A DNA stretch of 27,284 nt from Bacteroidales bacterium (GCA_021443125.1 JABUUQ010000001.1:1-27284), one strand, 5' to 3'; numbered from the stretch's first letter, positions 7,387 to 17,308 are shown. Notes: generated by a model not told the origin, from the sequence alone. A program made the numbers and translations.

Positions 7387-8330
7387 TAGAATTTATATTG
7401 AATTCCCGCTGTAATCATACTTTCAGTATTAGAAGTATTTAAAGATTTTCTACCTTGTAAAGAAACATAAGTTGTTATAATTTCAGCCACATCATAGCTT
7501 CCTTTTATTTCAATTGTTAAACTATCCTTAAAATCATCTTTCATTCTATCTTTATATATTCTTTCTTCCATAAATTCTCTTTCATATCCAGCTAACAATT
7601 CAATACTTACTTTGTGATCGTTTGCTACTTCAATTTCTTTTTTAGCTATTCCTTTAATTCCAGCCTTTACACTATCATTTGTTTTCTTTAGCTCTTTTTC
7701 TTTAGTCCTTAACTGTTTTCCCTCAATATCAATTCTATATCCTTTATAAAGCTCATTGTATATCTCTTCAATATGCTCATATCTAGTATGAACTCCCCAA
7801 TAAGTATTATCTCTTTTTTCATCATTTTTCTCTTTCTCATCTGCGGATCCAACATAAGCAATTGTTTGAAAATTTTTATTATCTTCTTTTTGACTATGAA
7901 ATAAGCTGAAATGATACCCCTTTCCATCATATTTAAGTCCAGCATATTTATTTTCAAAATCATTATAAGTAAATGCCATACCTATTCTATTTTCTTCATC
8001 TAAAGAAGTACCTAAAACTACAGATACATTCGGACTTTTTAAATCTCTTCCATTCAAATATCCAGCATTAATTTTAAAAAGATAATCAGTTTCTAGATTA
8101 TCGTTTTTCAAAGTTTCAAATAATATGTCATTATTATTTTGTAATAGTCTATAGATATTTTTTATATTATCAACTGGCGATTTTTCAGAATTTATATTCT
8201 TATAATTAAGTTCAACAGAAATTCCTGATACTCCTTTTTCTTTTTCAACTTCTGGAAGTCCTACCCCCAAATCATAAGCATAAATATTTAATGATGATAA
8301 AGCTGTTAATATAATAAAAGTTTTTTTCAT
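7386..8330 (-). CDS. Outer-membrane beta-barrel protein (autotransporter beta-domain-like, no passenger)
   Basis: Signal peptide MKKTFIILTALSSLNIYA, alternating amphipathic strands, C-terminal BAM-type signal ITAGIQYKF. Confidence 0.7.
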   Translation of the reverse strand: MKKTFIILTALSSLNIYAYDLGVGLPEVEKEKGVSGISVELNYKNINSEKSPVDNIKNIYRLLQNNNDILFETLKNDNLETDYLFKINAGYLNGRDLKSPNVSVVLGTSLDEENRIGMAFTYNDFENKYAGLKYDGKGYHFSLFHSQKEDNKNFQTIAYVGSADEKEKNDEKRDNTYWGVHTRYEHIEEIYNELYKGYRIDIEGKQLRTKEKELKKTNDSVKAGIKGIAKKEIEVANDHKVSIELLAGYEREFMEERIYKDRMKDDFKDSLTIEIKGSYDVAEIITTYVSLQGRKSLNTSNTESMITAGIQYKF

Positions 8331-8341
8331 AAATCTCTCCT

Positions 8342-8995
8342 TTAATCATAGTTTAATTCAGTCTTAACAAATAGTTTTTTAATTATTTTATCTAAATTTT
8401 CATTTTTTTTAATTAGTGTCTTAGCAGAATATCGTTTAGCTTCATGAATTCCGCATAAACGATATAAAATAATATAATCTGTATGCATTGCTTCTGCAAT
8501 TTGCTCCAAATTATAATAATTTAATTTAGAGATCATTGCATATTCCAAAGCTTGAATCTCTCCCTTGTCAATTTTCGCCTTTTCAGCCAGTTCTTGACAG
8601 TCCATTTTCATTTCTTCTCTTATTTTTTTAATAAAATTTCCTAATTTAACTCTGTTTGATTTTGGAATTATAAAAGTGTCATATAAAGAAATTTTATTTA
8701 AACAATATTTTTTATCTCTTTTACTCAAAGTTAAAAATTCTTTTAAAAAATCTTCTACTAAATATTCAGGAAAACATCTTTTTAAATACTTTATAGTAGA
8801 AAGTGGCATACCGTGCTGTTTTTCTTCCTTTTTTTCACGTATTTTTAATATTAAAAGTAAAAGTAAATAAAAAATACATATTGTAGCTCTAATAAAAGAA
8901 GATCCAAAACAAAATAAAGCAATCATACAACCTAAAAATAATAATAGCCCTATTAAATATAAAATTTTTTTTATTCCTACAAAATTTTCAAACAT
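8342..8995 (-). CDS. Membrane-anchored XRE-family HTH protein
   Basis: Two N-terminal hydrophobic helices; C-terminal IKKIREEMKMDCQELAEKAKIDKGEIQALE...NLEQIAEAM (XRE/Cro pattern). Confidence 0.7.
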   Translation of the reverse strand: MFENFVGIKKILYLIGLLLFLGCMIALFCFGSSFIRATICIFYLLLLLILKIREKKEEKQHGMPLSTIKYLKRCFPEYLVEDFLKEFLTLSKRDKKYCLNKISLYDTFIIPKSNRVKLGNFIKKIREEMKMDCQELAEKAKIDKGEIQALEYAMISKLNYYNLEQIAEAMHTDYIILYRLCGIHEAKRYSAKTLIKKNENLDKIIKKLFVKTELNYD

Positions 8996-9012
8996 TTATA
9001 CTCCTTTTTAAT

Positions 9013-9032
9013 TCTGGGGTGTATGCCCCAGA
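9013..9032. other. GC-rich hairpin just upstream of the RBS of the XRE gene
   Basis: TCTGGGG-TGTATG-CCCCAGA. Confidence 0.55.
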
Positions 9033-9045
9033 CCCCCTATATTGC

Positions 9046-9096
9046 GTTTTCAGAAATTTCATATTTCTCTTTGAGAAACATAAAATTTCTAAAAAC
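9046..9096 (-). other. 24-bp stem-loop fully paired only on the minus (mRNA) strand
   Basis: 21 Watson-Crick pairs plus 3 C.A mismatches on the plus strand, all of which are G.U on the minus strand; 3-nt loop. Confidence 0.65.
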
Positions 9097-9201
9097 ACTC
9101 AAAAGGTATATTCCAAACTGCATAAAATCAAATTTAAATAGTTTCAATCCTCTTTCTAGTATAAAATATCCTTTTCCTATTAAATACGCTTAAAATCAAT
9201 T

Positions 9202-9696
9202 TTAGAAAGGATAAATTAATTTTGCTTTTTTCTGAATAATATTCAATGGAAGTGTTCCCCAATATCTCCCATCCCAGCTCTTTTCATGAGGTGCTAGAGG
9301 TAAAAATTCCCCTTTTTGTGGCTGTAATTTCTCTACTGTTAATTCAGGAAACTTATACCCCTCACTATCTGCCTTTTGTATTTTTCCATATAGAAATCCA
9401 TTAATATAAAGACTATCTTCTTTGATTTCCACCTTGTCATTTTCTAAAGCTCCTATTTCTTTTAACATTGCTTTACAAAATCTTGGAATATAATTTTTAA
9501 CTTTTGCTTGTGCTGGAACTTCAAAAAGAACTATATCCCCTTTATTTAACGTTTTATAATTTCTCATAAAGTAAATTCCTCTTGGTAAACTAGGAGTAAG
9601 ATTAATTGTAAAAAAATTACTTCCTAGTATTAAAAGACCACTAAAGATCCCAAGAATTAAAACTCTTCTTAAGAAAAGTTTATGTTTATTTTTCAT
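9202..9696 (-). CDS. traF: S26-family conjugal pilin-processing peptidase (IncP TraF-like)
   Basis: NLTPSLPRGIY (Ser), LKEI (Lys), SWDGRYWG. Confidence 0.9.
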   Translation of the reverse strand: MKNKHKLFLRRVLILGIFSGLLILGSNFFTINLTPSLPRGIYFMRNYKTLNKGDIVLFEVPAQAKVKNYIPRFCKAMLKEIGALENDKVEIKEDSLYINGFLYGKIQKADSEGYKFPELTVEKLQPQKGEFLPLAPHEKSWDGRYWGTLPLNIIQKKAKLIYPF

Positions 9697-10651
9697 TTGA
9701 TCCTCCTGTTGCCCCTATATATGCAGAAACAGTATTATTTCCACCAGAAGAACTTGAAAATCTATCTTTCATTCCTGAAAATCCCCCAGCCTTGCTATAT
9801 GAATCTTTTAATATTCCTCCTGCTTTATTAAATGCCATTGCTGTAAGTCCAGCCATTGCCACACTTGGAGCTCCTGAACTAACACTACTACCACTTATTA
9901 AAGCACTTGATATTGCGTTTACTCTCTTCAAAAGCATAAACAATATTAATAACTGAAATAAAACAGAAGTTAAAGCTATAAAATCAAAAGTTAGTGCTTC
10001 AATAAAAAGTTGATTCCATCTATCTTCTAAAAAATTTAAAACCATAATAAACATAATAATTTTAAAAGATTGAGCAAACAACCCTGATAGTGCTCTCATA
10101 GCAAAACTTTTTGTTTCAGAAAACATTCCAAATGGAAGTAAAAGAATTCCACAAACTGCCATTAAATAATACTCAACAACAACTAAAATTATTTCTAAAG
10201 ATAGCATTATTACAGCTGTTAGCATTCCTAGTATTACTAATCCTAAAATAACAGGAACGCTTTCTATTCCTATTTTATCTAAAACTACCATTCCTACTCC
10301 ACCACCTCCAACAAATGGAGCTAATACAATTAAAAAATCAAAAAAGAATTTAAAAGGACTTACTAATAAATCAATTGAAGTATTTCCAACAGCATAGTTT
10401 CCAAGTTGAATCGCTCCATTTATAAACCAATTCATCACAATAGTTTTATATTCTAATATAAGCCAGAAAAAGAAACTATATCTTAGCATTTTAGCAACTA
10501 AAGTTTTAAAAGCGTCAACTTCTCCCCACATAAAAGTGTAGACAATATCAATAACAGCTAACATTGCCCCCATACTAAGAGCAAAAGGCTGAAAATACTT
10601 TAATGCTTTGGTTAAGAAATCTATAATGTCTTTTAAAATTTCATTAGTCAA
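9686..10651 (-). CDS. trbL: P-type conjugative transfer protein TrbL (VirB6 family)
   Basis: Polytopic membrane protein; EYYLMAVCGILLLPFGMFSETK..A..AL pattern; Gly/Ser-rich tail; follows trbJ. Confidence 0.88.
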   Translation of the reverse strand: MTNEILKDIIDFLTKALKYFQPFALSMGAMLAVIDIVYTFMWGEVDAFKTLVAKMLRYSFFFWLILEYKTIVMNWFINGAIQLGNYAVGNTSIDLLVSPFKFFFDFLIVLAPFVGGGGVGMVVLDKIGIESVPVILGLVILGMLTAVIMLSLEIILVVVEYYLMAVCGILLLPFGMFSETKSFAMRALSGLFAQSFKIIMFIMVLNFLEDRWNQLFIEALTFDFIALTSVLFQLLILFMLLKRVNAISSALISGSSVSSGAPSVAMAGLTAMAFNKAGGILKDSYSKAGGFSGMKDRFSSSSGGNNTVSAYIGATGGSNEK

Positions 10652-11464
10652 CTATATTCCCCCCCAACTAGCATTTATTTTTTTCTTTGCTTCTTTTTGC
10701 TTAATTAGTGCTTTTTCAAAACGATCATCAAATTCCAAACGATAAGCCTTTAATGCTTCATCTGCACTTGCATCAGTTACAGCTTTTTCTTGTCTTATTT
10801 CTTCACTAACTGCACTTGCCACAACCACAGATTTTCCAAGTATATTTTTTATTTCAACAAGACTTGTTGCCATCTGTCCCAAAATATGATTTGCTACTGT
10901 TAAAGCTTCTAAAGCTCCCTCTGTTGTAGAAGCTTTTTCTATTAATATCTCTAAATTTCTTTTATCATTTAGTGTAGGGTTATAACTAGCTTCATTCATA
11001 GCGTCAAAAATTACATTTCGAGTTTCTTTTCTAACTCTTTCTATTTCTTTTTTATTAGCTTCAATTCCCTCATCTAGTCCTATTTTATAAACATCACTTA
11101 TTTGATCCGAAGTTCTATACAAAATTCCAAAATCCTTTAAAAAATCCTCTGTTTTAAAAAAAACTGATTTTGTTTGAGCGTCAAAATCTATAATTCTCTC
11201 AAGTCCTCTTTTTATAAATGTTATATTTCCAGAACTTAAGTCTTTTCCTATTTGCTGTAAGTTTTTAGCCTCATTGGCTAACTGCTGATATTGATTTTTT
11301 AATTGTTCTATCTGATTCTTAGTTTGTTCAACTTGTTCGATTGTTTGCTTTACTGCTTCTATTTTGGCTAAAATATTTGTTTCATGATTTTTAGGATCAT
11401 AAACTATTCTTGCTGAATATGTATATGTAGTTAAAATCAATAAAAATATTAATATCTTTTTCAT
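10652..11464 (-). CDS. trbJ: P-type conjugative transfer protein TrbJ (VirB5 family)
   Basis: Signal peptide, IVYDPKN motif, then Q-rich helices (NQIEQLKNQYQQLANEAKNL). Confidence 0.85.
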   Translation of the reverse strand: MKKILIFLLILTTYTYSARIVYDPKNHETNILAKIEAVKQTIEQVEQTKNQIEQLKNQYQQLANEAKNLQQIGKDLSSGNITFIKRGLERIIDFDAQTKSVFFKTEDFLKDFGILYRTSDQISDVYKIGLDEGIEANKKEIERVRKETRNVIFDAMNEASYNPTLNDKRNLEILIEKASTTEGALEALTVANHILGQMATSLVEIKNILGKSVVVASAVSEEIRQEKAVTDASADEALKAYRLEFDDRFEKALIKQKEAKKKINASWGGI

Positions 11465-13848
11465 TTCAAAACCTCCTCTATATTACCTTTAATATCTTTG
11501 TATTTGAGCCATTCTTTACAAAATTCATCTGCTGATTCCACTTTTTCTGAAAGTTTAAGAGCTTCGCTTTGACTTTCTAAGTCCGTTGAAGCTATAAAAG
11601 CTATTTCAATTTTTCCTAAACTCAAATCAAATAACCTTGATCCTTTATTTGATTTAAAATAATAATCTTTTCTTTCTGTTGCGTCTGTAATTATATTGAG
11701 TTCCTTTGTATTAAGTCCAAATTCTCTATATAAATCTGCGTCTTGGTTATTTGCTTTTTTATTTGCCAAGAAAATTTTTGTTTCACAAGCATTTAAAATT
11801 GTATCTTTTAAGACAGATTTTGTTATATCAGAAAGTTCTTGTGTTGCAAAAATAACTCCTGCTTTTTTCTTCCTGAATGTTTTTAACCAGTCTTTTATTT
11901 TTTCTCTAAATGCTTCATTTGCAAGAAATAACCAACATTCATCAAGTAAAACAATTACAGGGTGTATTCCATCAAGTGTTTTATAAATTTTACGGAATAA
12001 ATACGAAAGTAATGGACCAATAGCTTGTCTATTATCAATTACTTTCGCCATTTCAAAAACAACCCAATCTGAAATATCTAAATCATCATTATTAGAATCA
12101 AAATATCTTCCAAGAGCTCCCCCCTTTGTATAATTGTTTAAAGCGTCTTTTACTTGTTGTAAGTTACAATAAGAAACAAAAGCCGTCATTGTCCTAACAT
12201 CAATTGGATCTTTTGCTAATAATGTCAATGTTTCCCAAACTACTTTTTTTATATTAGCGTCTAATACAATGTTTTCTTGTTCTAAAATATCTAAAATAAA
12301 TTGATTCGCCCATTCCAACTCTTGAAGTTCATCAATATTACGTAAAGGCTGAAAAGATAATTTATCTTCCCCAATATCATAGAATTTTCCTCCAACTGCT
12401 TTTGTTAAAACAAGTGAAGATCTATCTTTATCAAAAATAAATGTCTTTGAATTTTTATATTTCCGCCAATTAAAAGCTATATCCCCTAAAAGCACAGACT
12501 TTCCAGCCCCTGTTCTTCCCAAAATCAAAGTATGGGCTACTCCACTATCTCCATGTAAATTTATTCTAAATGGAGTTGATCCTGTTGTTTGAGTATAGAT
12601 AAGTGGAGGCTCATTTAAATATTTATTCCAACTTTCCCCAGCCCATGGCTCTGAAAATGGCATTAAATGACTTAAAGTCAAGGAATTTAAAATTGACACA
12701 TCTCTTAAATTATGGTATATATCCCCCGGTATACTACCTAAAAAAGCATGAACAGCATTATAGCTTTCATCAATTGTTATAAATCCTAAATTTTGGATAA
12801 CCTTTGTCACAACTTCTACTTTTCTTTCAATTTCATTTATATCTTTATCTCTTAAAACTATTAAGTTTATATAAAAACCTTGTGACACATAATCCCCTTG
12901 TGTTAATATTTCCTGATCCTTTACTTCCCCAGCTTTTAATAAAGCGTCCTCATTCTGATTAGTAGGCTCTCTTTGTGTTATTTCTTTTTGGATCATTTGC
13001 CATAAAGAAAATCTTCCTGAAAACCATTTTTTCCATTTTGAATTCAATATCTCTAAAGCTTCTAATTTATCAAGAGCTTTAAATCTAGTATGCCATCTAT
13101 ACTCTATATCTAATTTATTTAACTTATCAAAAAAACAAGGATATGTTACATGAGGAAATCCTAAAATAGATATACACCTAACATATTCATCATCTAACTT
13201 AGGTTTTAAACCTCCTACAAATAAACTATCACATAAATAATTTGATAAAAAAATTGGAGTTTTAGGCAAAATTACTTTTTGTTTTTTTACACTTACACAA
13301 TCATGTAAAAAAGTTAATGTTTCTTCCTCTGTTAGCTCTTCAACAGCTAAAAATACACTTTTTAATAACCCTTTTATATGTTTAAATTCTTTCAAAAAGA
13401 TTTCAACATAATTTTTTTCATATGCTTGAAAATCTGAATCTATCATCATTTTTTCTACTTTTTTAACTTGATCTGTAGGTACTGTATAAGTTATTGTTAA
13501 AAATGTCTTTGTTTCGTAATGATCCCCCTTGTTAAAAAAAGCCTCTCTCTCTTTGTCTATCATCTGCCCTAAAAGATCAGGAAAGTTTCCTGTTTGGTAT
13601 TTTTGACACTTCATTCTAATAGAATCTATATGTAGAACATATCCACCTTCAAGTCTTTTTAAAACATTATTTAATTTTGTTGTATGTACTTTCATTTCTT
13701 CGTCTGTACAATTTTCTAAGTCATAACCCCTGATTTCCAGCGTTTTTTGAAGAGTTCCATTTTTATTTAAAATTAGTCCTTCTTTAAGCATAAGAAACCA
13801 AGGTATATATGTAGAAAGTTTTTTATTAAAATCTCCGTATTCTCTCAC
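11461..13848 (-). CDS. trbE: TrbE / VirB4 ATPase
   Basis: Walker A GRTGAGKS, FIFDKDRS, Walker B LLDECW, WLKTFRKK..GVIFATQ. Confidence 0.96.
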   Translation of the reverse strand: MREYGDFNKKLSTYIPWFLMLKEGLILNKNGTLQKTLEIRGYDLENCTDEEMKVHTTKLNNVLKRLEGGYVLHIDSIRMKCQKYQTGNFPDLLGQMIDKEREAFFNKGDHYETKTFLTITYTVPTDQVKKVEKMMIDSDFQAYEKNYVEIFLKEFKHIKGLLKSVFLAVEELTEEETLTFLHDCVSVKKQKVILPKTPIFLSNYLCDSLFVGGLKPKLDDEYVRCISILGFPHVTYPCFFDKLNKLDIEYRWHTRFKALDKLEALEILNSKWKKWFSGRFSLWQMIQKEITQREPTNQNEDALLKAGEVKDQEILTQGDYVSQGFYINLIVLRDKDINEIERKVEVVTKVIQNLGFITIDESYNAVHAFLGSIPGDIYHNLRDVSILNSLTLSHLMPFSEPWAGESWNKYLNEPPLIYTQTTGSTPFRINLHGDSGVAHTLILGRTGAGKSVLLGDIAFNWRKYKNSKTFIFDKDRSSLVLTKAVGGKFYDIGEDKLSFQPLRNIDELQELEWANQFILDILEQENIVLDANIKKVVWETLTLLAKDPIDVRTMTAFVSYCNLQQVKDALNNYTKGGALGRYFDSNNDDLDISDWVVFEMAKVIDNRQAIGPLLSYLFRKIYKTLDGIHPVIVLLDECWLFLANEAFREKIKDWLKTFRKKKAGVIFATQELSDITKSVLKDTILNACETKIFLANKKANNQDADLYREFGLNTKELNIITDATERKDYYFKSNKGSRLFDLSLGKIEIAFIASTDLESQSEALKLSEKVESADEFCKEWLKYKDIKGNIEEVLK

Positions 13849-13858
13849 ATTACACCTC

Positions 13859-14113
13859 TTATTCTGGATAAAAATATTTTCTTTGTTTTAAATAACATTT
13901 TAGAATTATTTTTATAATTAATGGATCTTTTTTACATACCTTTCTAAGTACGAGGTATAGTATAATAAATATTGGCAAGGTAAAAAATGCTCTATAAATT
14001 ACTAAAAATAAGAAAGTCAATGAAACTAATATAATAAATGCTTCTCTTGGAATTCCTGCTATTGTAGGATATACCGTCAAAGCTCTACAAACAGGTACTT
14101 GATATCCTTCCAT
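13859..14113 (-). CDS. trbD: TrbD / VirB3 membrane protein
   Basis: PVCRALT.YPTIAGIPRE...KKDP pattern; directly upstream of trbE. Confidence 0.88.
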   Translation of the reverse strand: MEGYQVPVCRALTVYPTIAGIPREAFIILVSLTFLFLVIYRAFFTLPIFIILYLVLRKVCKKDPLIIKIILKCYLKQRKYFYPE

Positions 14114-14126
14114 TTTTACCTCCTTC

Positions 14127-14285
14127 TTAAAGTTTCCATATAATAATGATTAAACCAAGTAAAAGATTGCTAATACATATATGTAAAGCCTTAGCCTCTG
14201 ATGGAGTATTAAGAAATTTAAATAAAAATATATTAAAAATAAGAAATATACTTATAGTTATTAATGGCTCCCATTTCTTTTTCAC
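14127..14285 (-). CDS. Unannotated 52-aa two-helix membrane protein between trbB and trbD
   Basis: Manual translation from GTG 14285 (RBS AAGGAAG): MKKKWEPLITISIFLIFNIFLFKFLNTPSEAKALHICISNLLLGLIIIIWKL*. It fills the gap up to the trbD RBS. Confidence 0.65.
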   Translation of the reverse strand: MKKKWEPLITISIFLIFNIFLFKFLNTPSEAKALHICISNLLLGLIIIIWKL

Positions 14286-14315
14286 TTTTACTCTTCCTTT
14301 CTGAAAAATTATAAT

Positions 14316-14336
14316 TGTATTACAAGTTGTAATACA
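14316..14336. promoter_or_regulatory. TGTAWTACA-N3-TGTAATACA element, copy 2
   Basis: TGTATTACA-AGT-TGTAATACA; 8 bp after the trbB stop. Confidence 0.8.
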
Positions 14337-14344
14337 CTATATTC

Positions 14345-15280
14345 TCATTTTTTTATATCATCTAAAATATAATTATTATTTTCATCAAGTCCTTTCATTC
14401 TCTTTATTTCAACTATTTTTCTTTTGTTGCCAATTTTTTCTAATACTATAATTAAATTTATATTATCAGCTATCAATTCTTTTTGAGGATTTAAAGACTC
14501 TCTTAAGATATATTGTTCCAACTGTCTAAGACCTTTTAAAGCGGTATGAGAATGTATCGTACAAACTCCACCCCCATGTCCTGAATTCCACCCAGTTAAT
14601 AAGTATAAAGCTTCTTTTCCTCTTACCTCCCCAACTACCAATCTTTCAGGAGTTCTTCTTAAAGAATGTTCTATAACTTTTACCATTGGAAAAGTTGGAG
14701 AAGTCAATAATCTAAGAGTATTTTGTGACTTGCATTGTATTTCTTTAGTATCCTCTGCTATCAATAATCTTTCTTTTGTTGCTTCTATTTCAGCTATACA
14801 AGCATTTGCAAATGTAGTTTTTCCGCTTCCTGTCGCCCCAATTATAAGAATATTTTCTTTATTTCTAATTGACTCACAAATAATCTCTTTTTCTTCTTTT
14901 GAAATATTTCCTTGTTTAATATAATCATCTAAAGAAAATATTAAAATAGAATGTTTTCTTAAATTAAATGAGGGAGGACTAACTGGATTTATTGAAGCAG
15001 AAAAACGGCTACCATCTGGAAAAGTCGTTTCTAAAGTAGGAGCTATCTCATTAACTATTATTCCTTCATAATCTGCTACAAGCCTAATTATTGATAAAGT
15101 TTTTTCCTCTTCCATCTTTTTTTCGGTATCTATCCACCCTTTAGAGAAAGTACAGATAGAAACCATTTGATTGTCATTTACTGCTATTTCATTTACATCT
15201 TTATCTTCTATAAATCCTATAAGCTCTTTTCCTAAATTAAGTTTAATTAGCTTTAGTTTCTCTTCCTTCTGTTCGTTCAT
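14345..15280 (-). CDS. trbB: TrbB / VirB11 ATPase
   Basis: GATGSGKT, AEDTKEI, LRRTPERLVVGEVRG, HGGGVCTIH. Start at ATG 15280 or 15283 given RBS GGAGG. Confidence 0.95.
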   Translation of the reverse strand: MNEQKEEKLKLIKLNLGKELIGFIEDKDVNEIAVNDNQMVSICTFSKGWIDTEKKMEEEKTLSIIRLVADYEGIIVNEIAPTLETTFPDGSRFSASINPVSPPSFNLRKHSILIFSLDDYIKQGNISKEEKEIICESIRNKENILIIGATGSGKTTFANACIAEIEATKERLLIAEDTKEIQCKSQNTLRLLTSPTFPMVKVIEHSLRRTPERLVVGEVRGKEALYLLTGWNSGHGGGVCTIHSHTALKGLRQLEQYILRESLNPQKELIADNINLIIVLEKIGNKRKIVEIKRMKGLDENNNYILDDIKK

Positions 15281-15545
15281 CATCAACCTCCTCTTTCTCT
15301 TTTATTCCTTGATTGATGATTGGGATAATTTCTTTTAATTTTCCATTTATTTTATCTTTAAATTCTCTCTTTCTCCCATTTGTATTTAGAATCTCATAAA
15401 TATTCTCATCTTCCAATAAATCATTAAAAACAACTGCAAGAACTCTTTTCTTTTTTTCCTCCCATTCTTTATCTACTTTTTCTAGCTGTTCTAAAAATTT
15501 TTTTCTTTTCTCTGCTAGAGAAATTTTTTTTCTTTTTTCATTCAT
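15243..15545 (-). CDS. Hypothetical charged coiled-coil protein (100 aa)
   Basis: Starts 2 bp after the traG stop and overlaps the trbB start. Confidence 0.65.
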   Translation of the reverse strand: MNEKRKKISLAEKRKKFLEQLEKVDKEWEEKKKRVLAVVFNDLLEDENIYEILNTNGRKREFKDKINGKLKEIIPIINQGIKEKEEVDDERTEGRETKAN

Positions 15546-15547
15546 TT

Positions 15548-17308
15548 TTAACTCCTTAATTTATCTATATTAGCCCAATTTTTAGGATTTTCTCTTTCCT
15601 CCAAATTAAAAATTTTCTGATCTAAATAGGGCTCTTCATAATATTTAATTATTCTTCCAAATGTAGGATAACAACCACCAAGCATAATTATGCTATTTTC
15701 ATCTCCAAGTTGAGGAATAACCTCTTCTGGCTCCATCAATCGACGTGATTTTTTATTTATATTTACATTTCCATCAAAGAATCCACCATATTTTTTTCCT
15801 GATTGAGTATCATAGTAAATAGTTTTACTTCCCAACATATCAGAAATTAATTTACAAGTTTCATAGTCTGTAGCTGTAGGAGCATAAAAAACAGAACTAG
15901 CACACCCCTGACGAATTGAATTTACTTGTCCGTAAACTGCTTTTATCTGCTCCGTATTTTGAGCTATTAAGACCATTTTTATTCCGTAACTTGCCACAAA
16001 TCCAAGTGCTATATCCATTAATTCTATTTTTCCATAAGCTGGAAATTCATCTAACATCATTAAACATTTATGTTTGTGTTTTTCTTTACGCATTGATATT
16101 CCTATGAATTGAGTTATAAATATACGGATATAGAGCCCCAAGGCGTCTAACTCTTCTTGTTGAGCACAAAAATATAAACTTACAGGATTGTCATTATCCA
16201 TCAAATCTTTTATTCTGAAATCTGAACTTGAAGTATTTTTTTTGATGATAGGATCCTTAAAAATAGCCAATTTATTTAAAGCTGTTGAAATAACTGAACT
16301 TCTTTCCCGACTTGATTTTTCCAGCATTTCTGTAGCTCCTTGAACTATTGTTGGGTGTACTCCATCTTCATATTTATTTCCATAAATATTTCTAATAATA
16401 TTTTTATCAGATTCATAACGTTCTTTTAAAAGATCACTAAATTTTTCTTCCTGAGTTTTACTAGGGCTTGTCATAAATTCATAAACATCTGATAAAGAGG
16501 CATTTTCATCTTTATATAGCAAATGTAGAAATACAGATACAAAAACCGTATTAGCAGACACATGAAAGTGATCTCTTGACTTTCCACGTTCAGGTTGAGT
16601 TAAAATATTAGCTATAATTTCACAATCCCTAACTTCATAAGGTGTTCTTATTCTTATTTCTTTTAAAGGATTGTACTTACTTCCACCCAAGGCGTCATAT
16701 GGAGCTAATCTTAAAACTTTATTTCCAAAATAATCTTGTCTATATTTAGATGTTGTTTTAAAGTTTTCTCCCTTTATATCAAAACAAATAACCGAGCCTC
16801 TCCAATTAACTAAAGTTGGTAATATAATTCCTGTTCCTTTTCCTGATCTACTTTTTGCAACTACTAAGATATGAGTTTTTTCATTGTCGATTATAGTCTT
16901 TGATGTTGTTGTTCTTCCTAAAATAACCCCATCTTTATATAGTTCTCCTTTTTGGGGTACTTTTCTATCAAGATATCCTTTTTTCTTTAATTCTCTAGGT
17001 TTTGAATATCTTCCACTTCCATGAGTATCCTTTTGACCTCTTTTACACAAAATAACATATATAAATATGCTATAAATTGAATTGAAAACTCCTATTAATA
17101 AAAGTGACAAGTCTGTTAATCTAGGAGCAGATTTTTTATACTTAAAAATCCAAACAATAATTGAGTATGGAAAATAAAACTTTCCTATAACTGGTTTTAA
17201 TACTGGGTTATAATTAGTTATATGTGCAAAAATTTGTGTTGTTATCCATAAAGATAAAGTCAAGCCTATTAAAAGGATCAGAAAAAATTGTAAAATTTTT
17301 TTATTCAT
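15548..17308 (-). CDS. traG: Type IV coupling protein TraG/VirD4
   Basis: N-terminal TM helices, DTHGSGRYS, AKSRSGKG (Walker A), FDIKGEN, LMLDEF (Walker B). Confidence 0.95.
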   Translation of the reverse strand: MNKKILQFFLILLIGLTLSLWITTQIFAHITNYNPVLKPVIGKFYFPYSIIVWIFKYKKSAPRLTDLSLLLIGVFNSIYSIFIYVILCKRGQKDTHGSGRYSKPRELKKKGYLDRKVPQKGELYKDGVILGRTTTSKTIIDNEKTHILVVAKSRSGKGTGIILPTLVNWRGSVICFDIKGENFKTTSKYRQDYFGNKVLRLAPYDALGGSKYNPLKEIRIRTPYEVRDCEIIANILTQPERGKSRDHFHVSANTVFVSVFLHLLYKDENASLSDVYEFMTSPSKTQEEKFSDLLKERYESDKNIIRNIYGNKYEDGVHPTIVQGATEMLEKSSRERSSVISTALNKLAIFKDPIIKKNTSSSDFRIKDLMDNDNPVSLYFCAQQEELDALGLYIRIFITQFIGISMRKEKHKHKCLMMLDEFPAYGKIELMDIALGFVASYGIKMVLIAQNTEQIKAVYGQVNSIRQGCASSVFYAPTATDYETCKLISDMLGSKTIYYDTQSGKKYGGFFDGNVNINKKSRRLMEPEEVIPQLGDENSIIMLGGCYPTFGRIIKYYEEPYLDQKIFNLEERENPKNWANIDKLRS

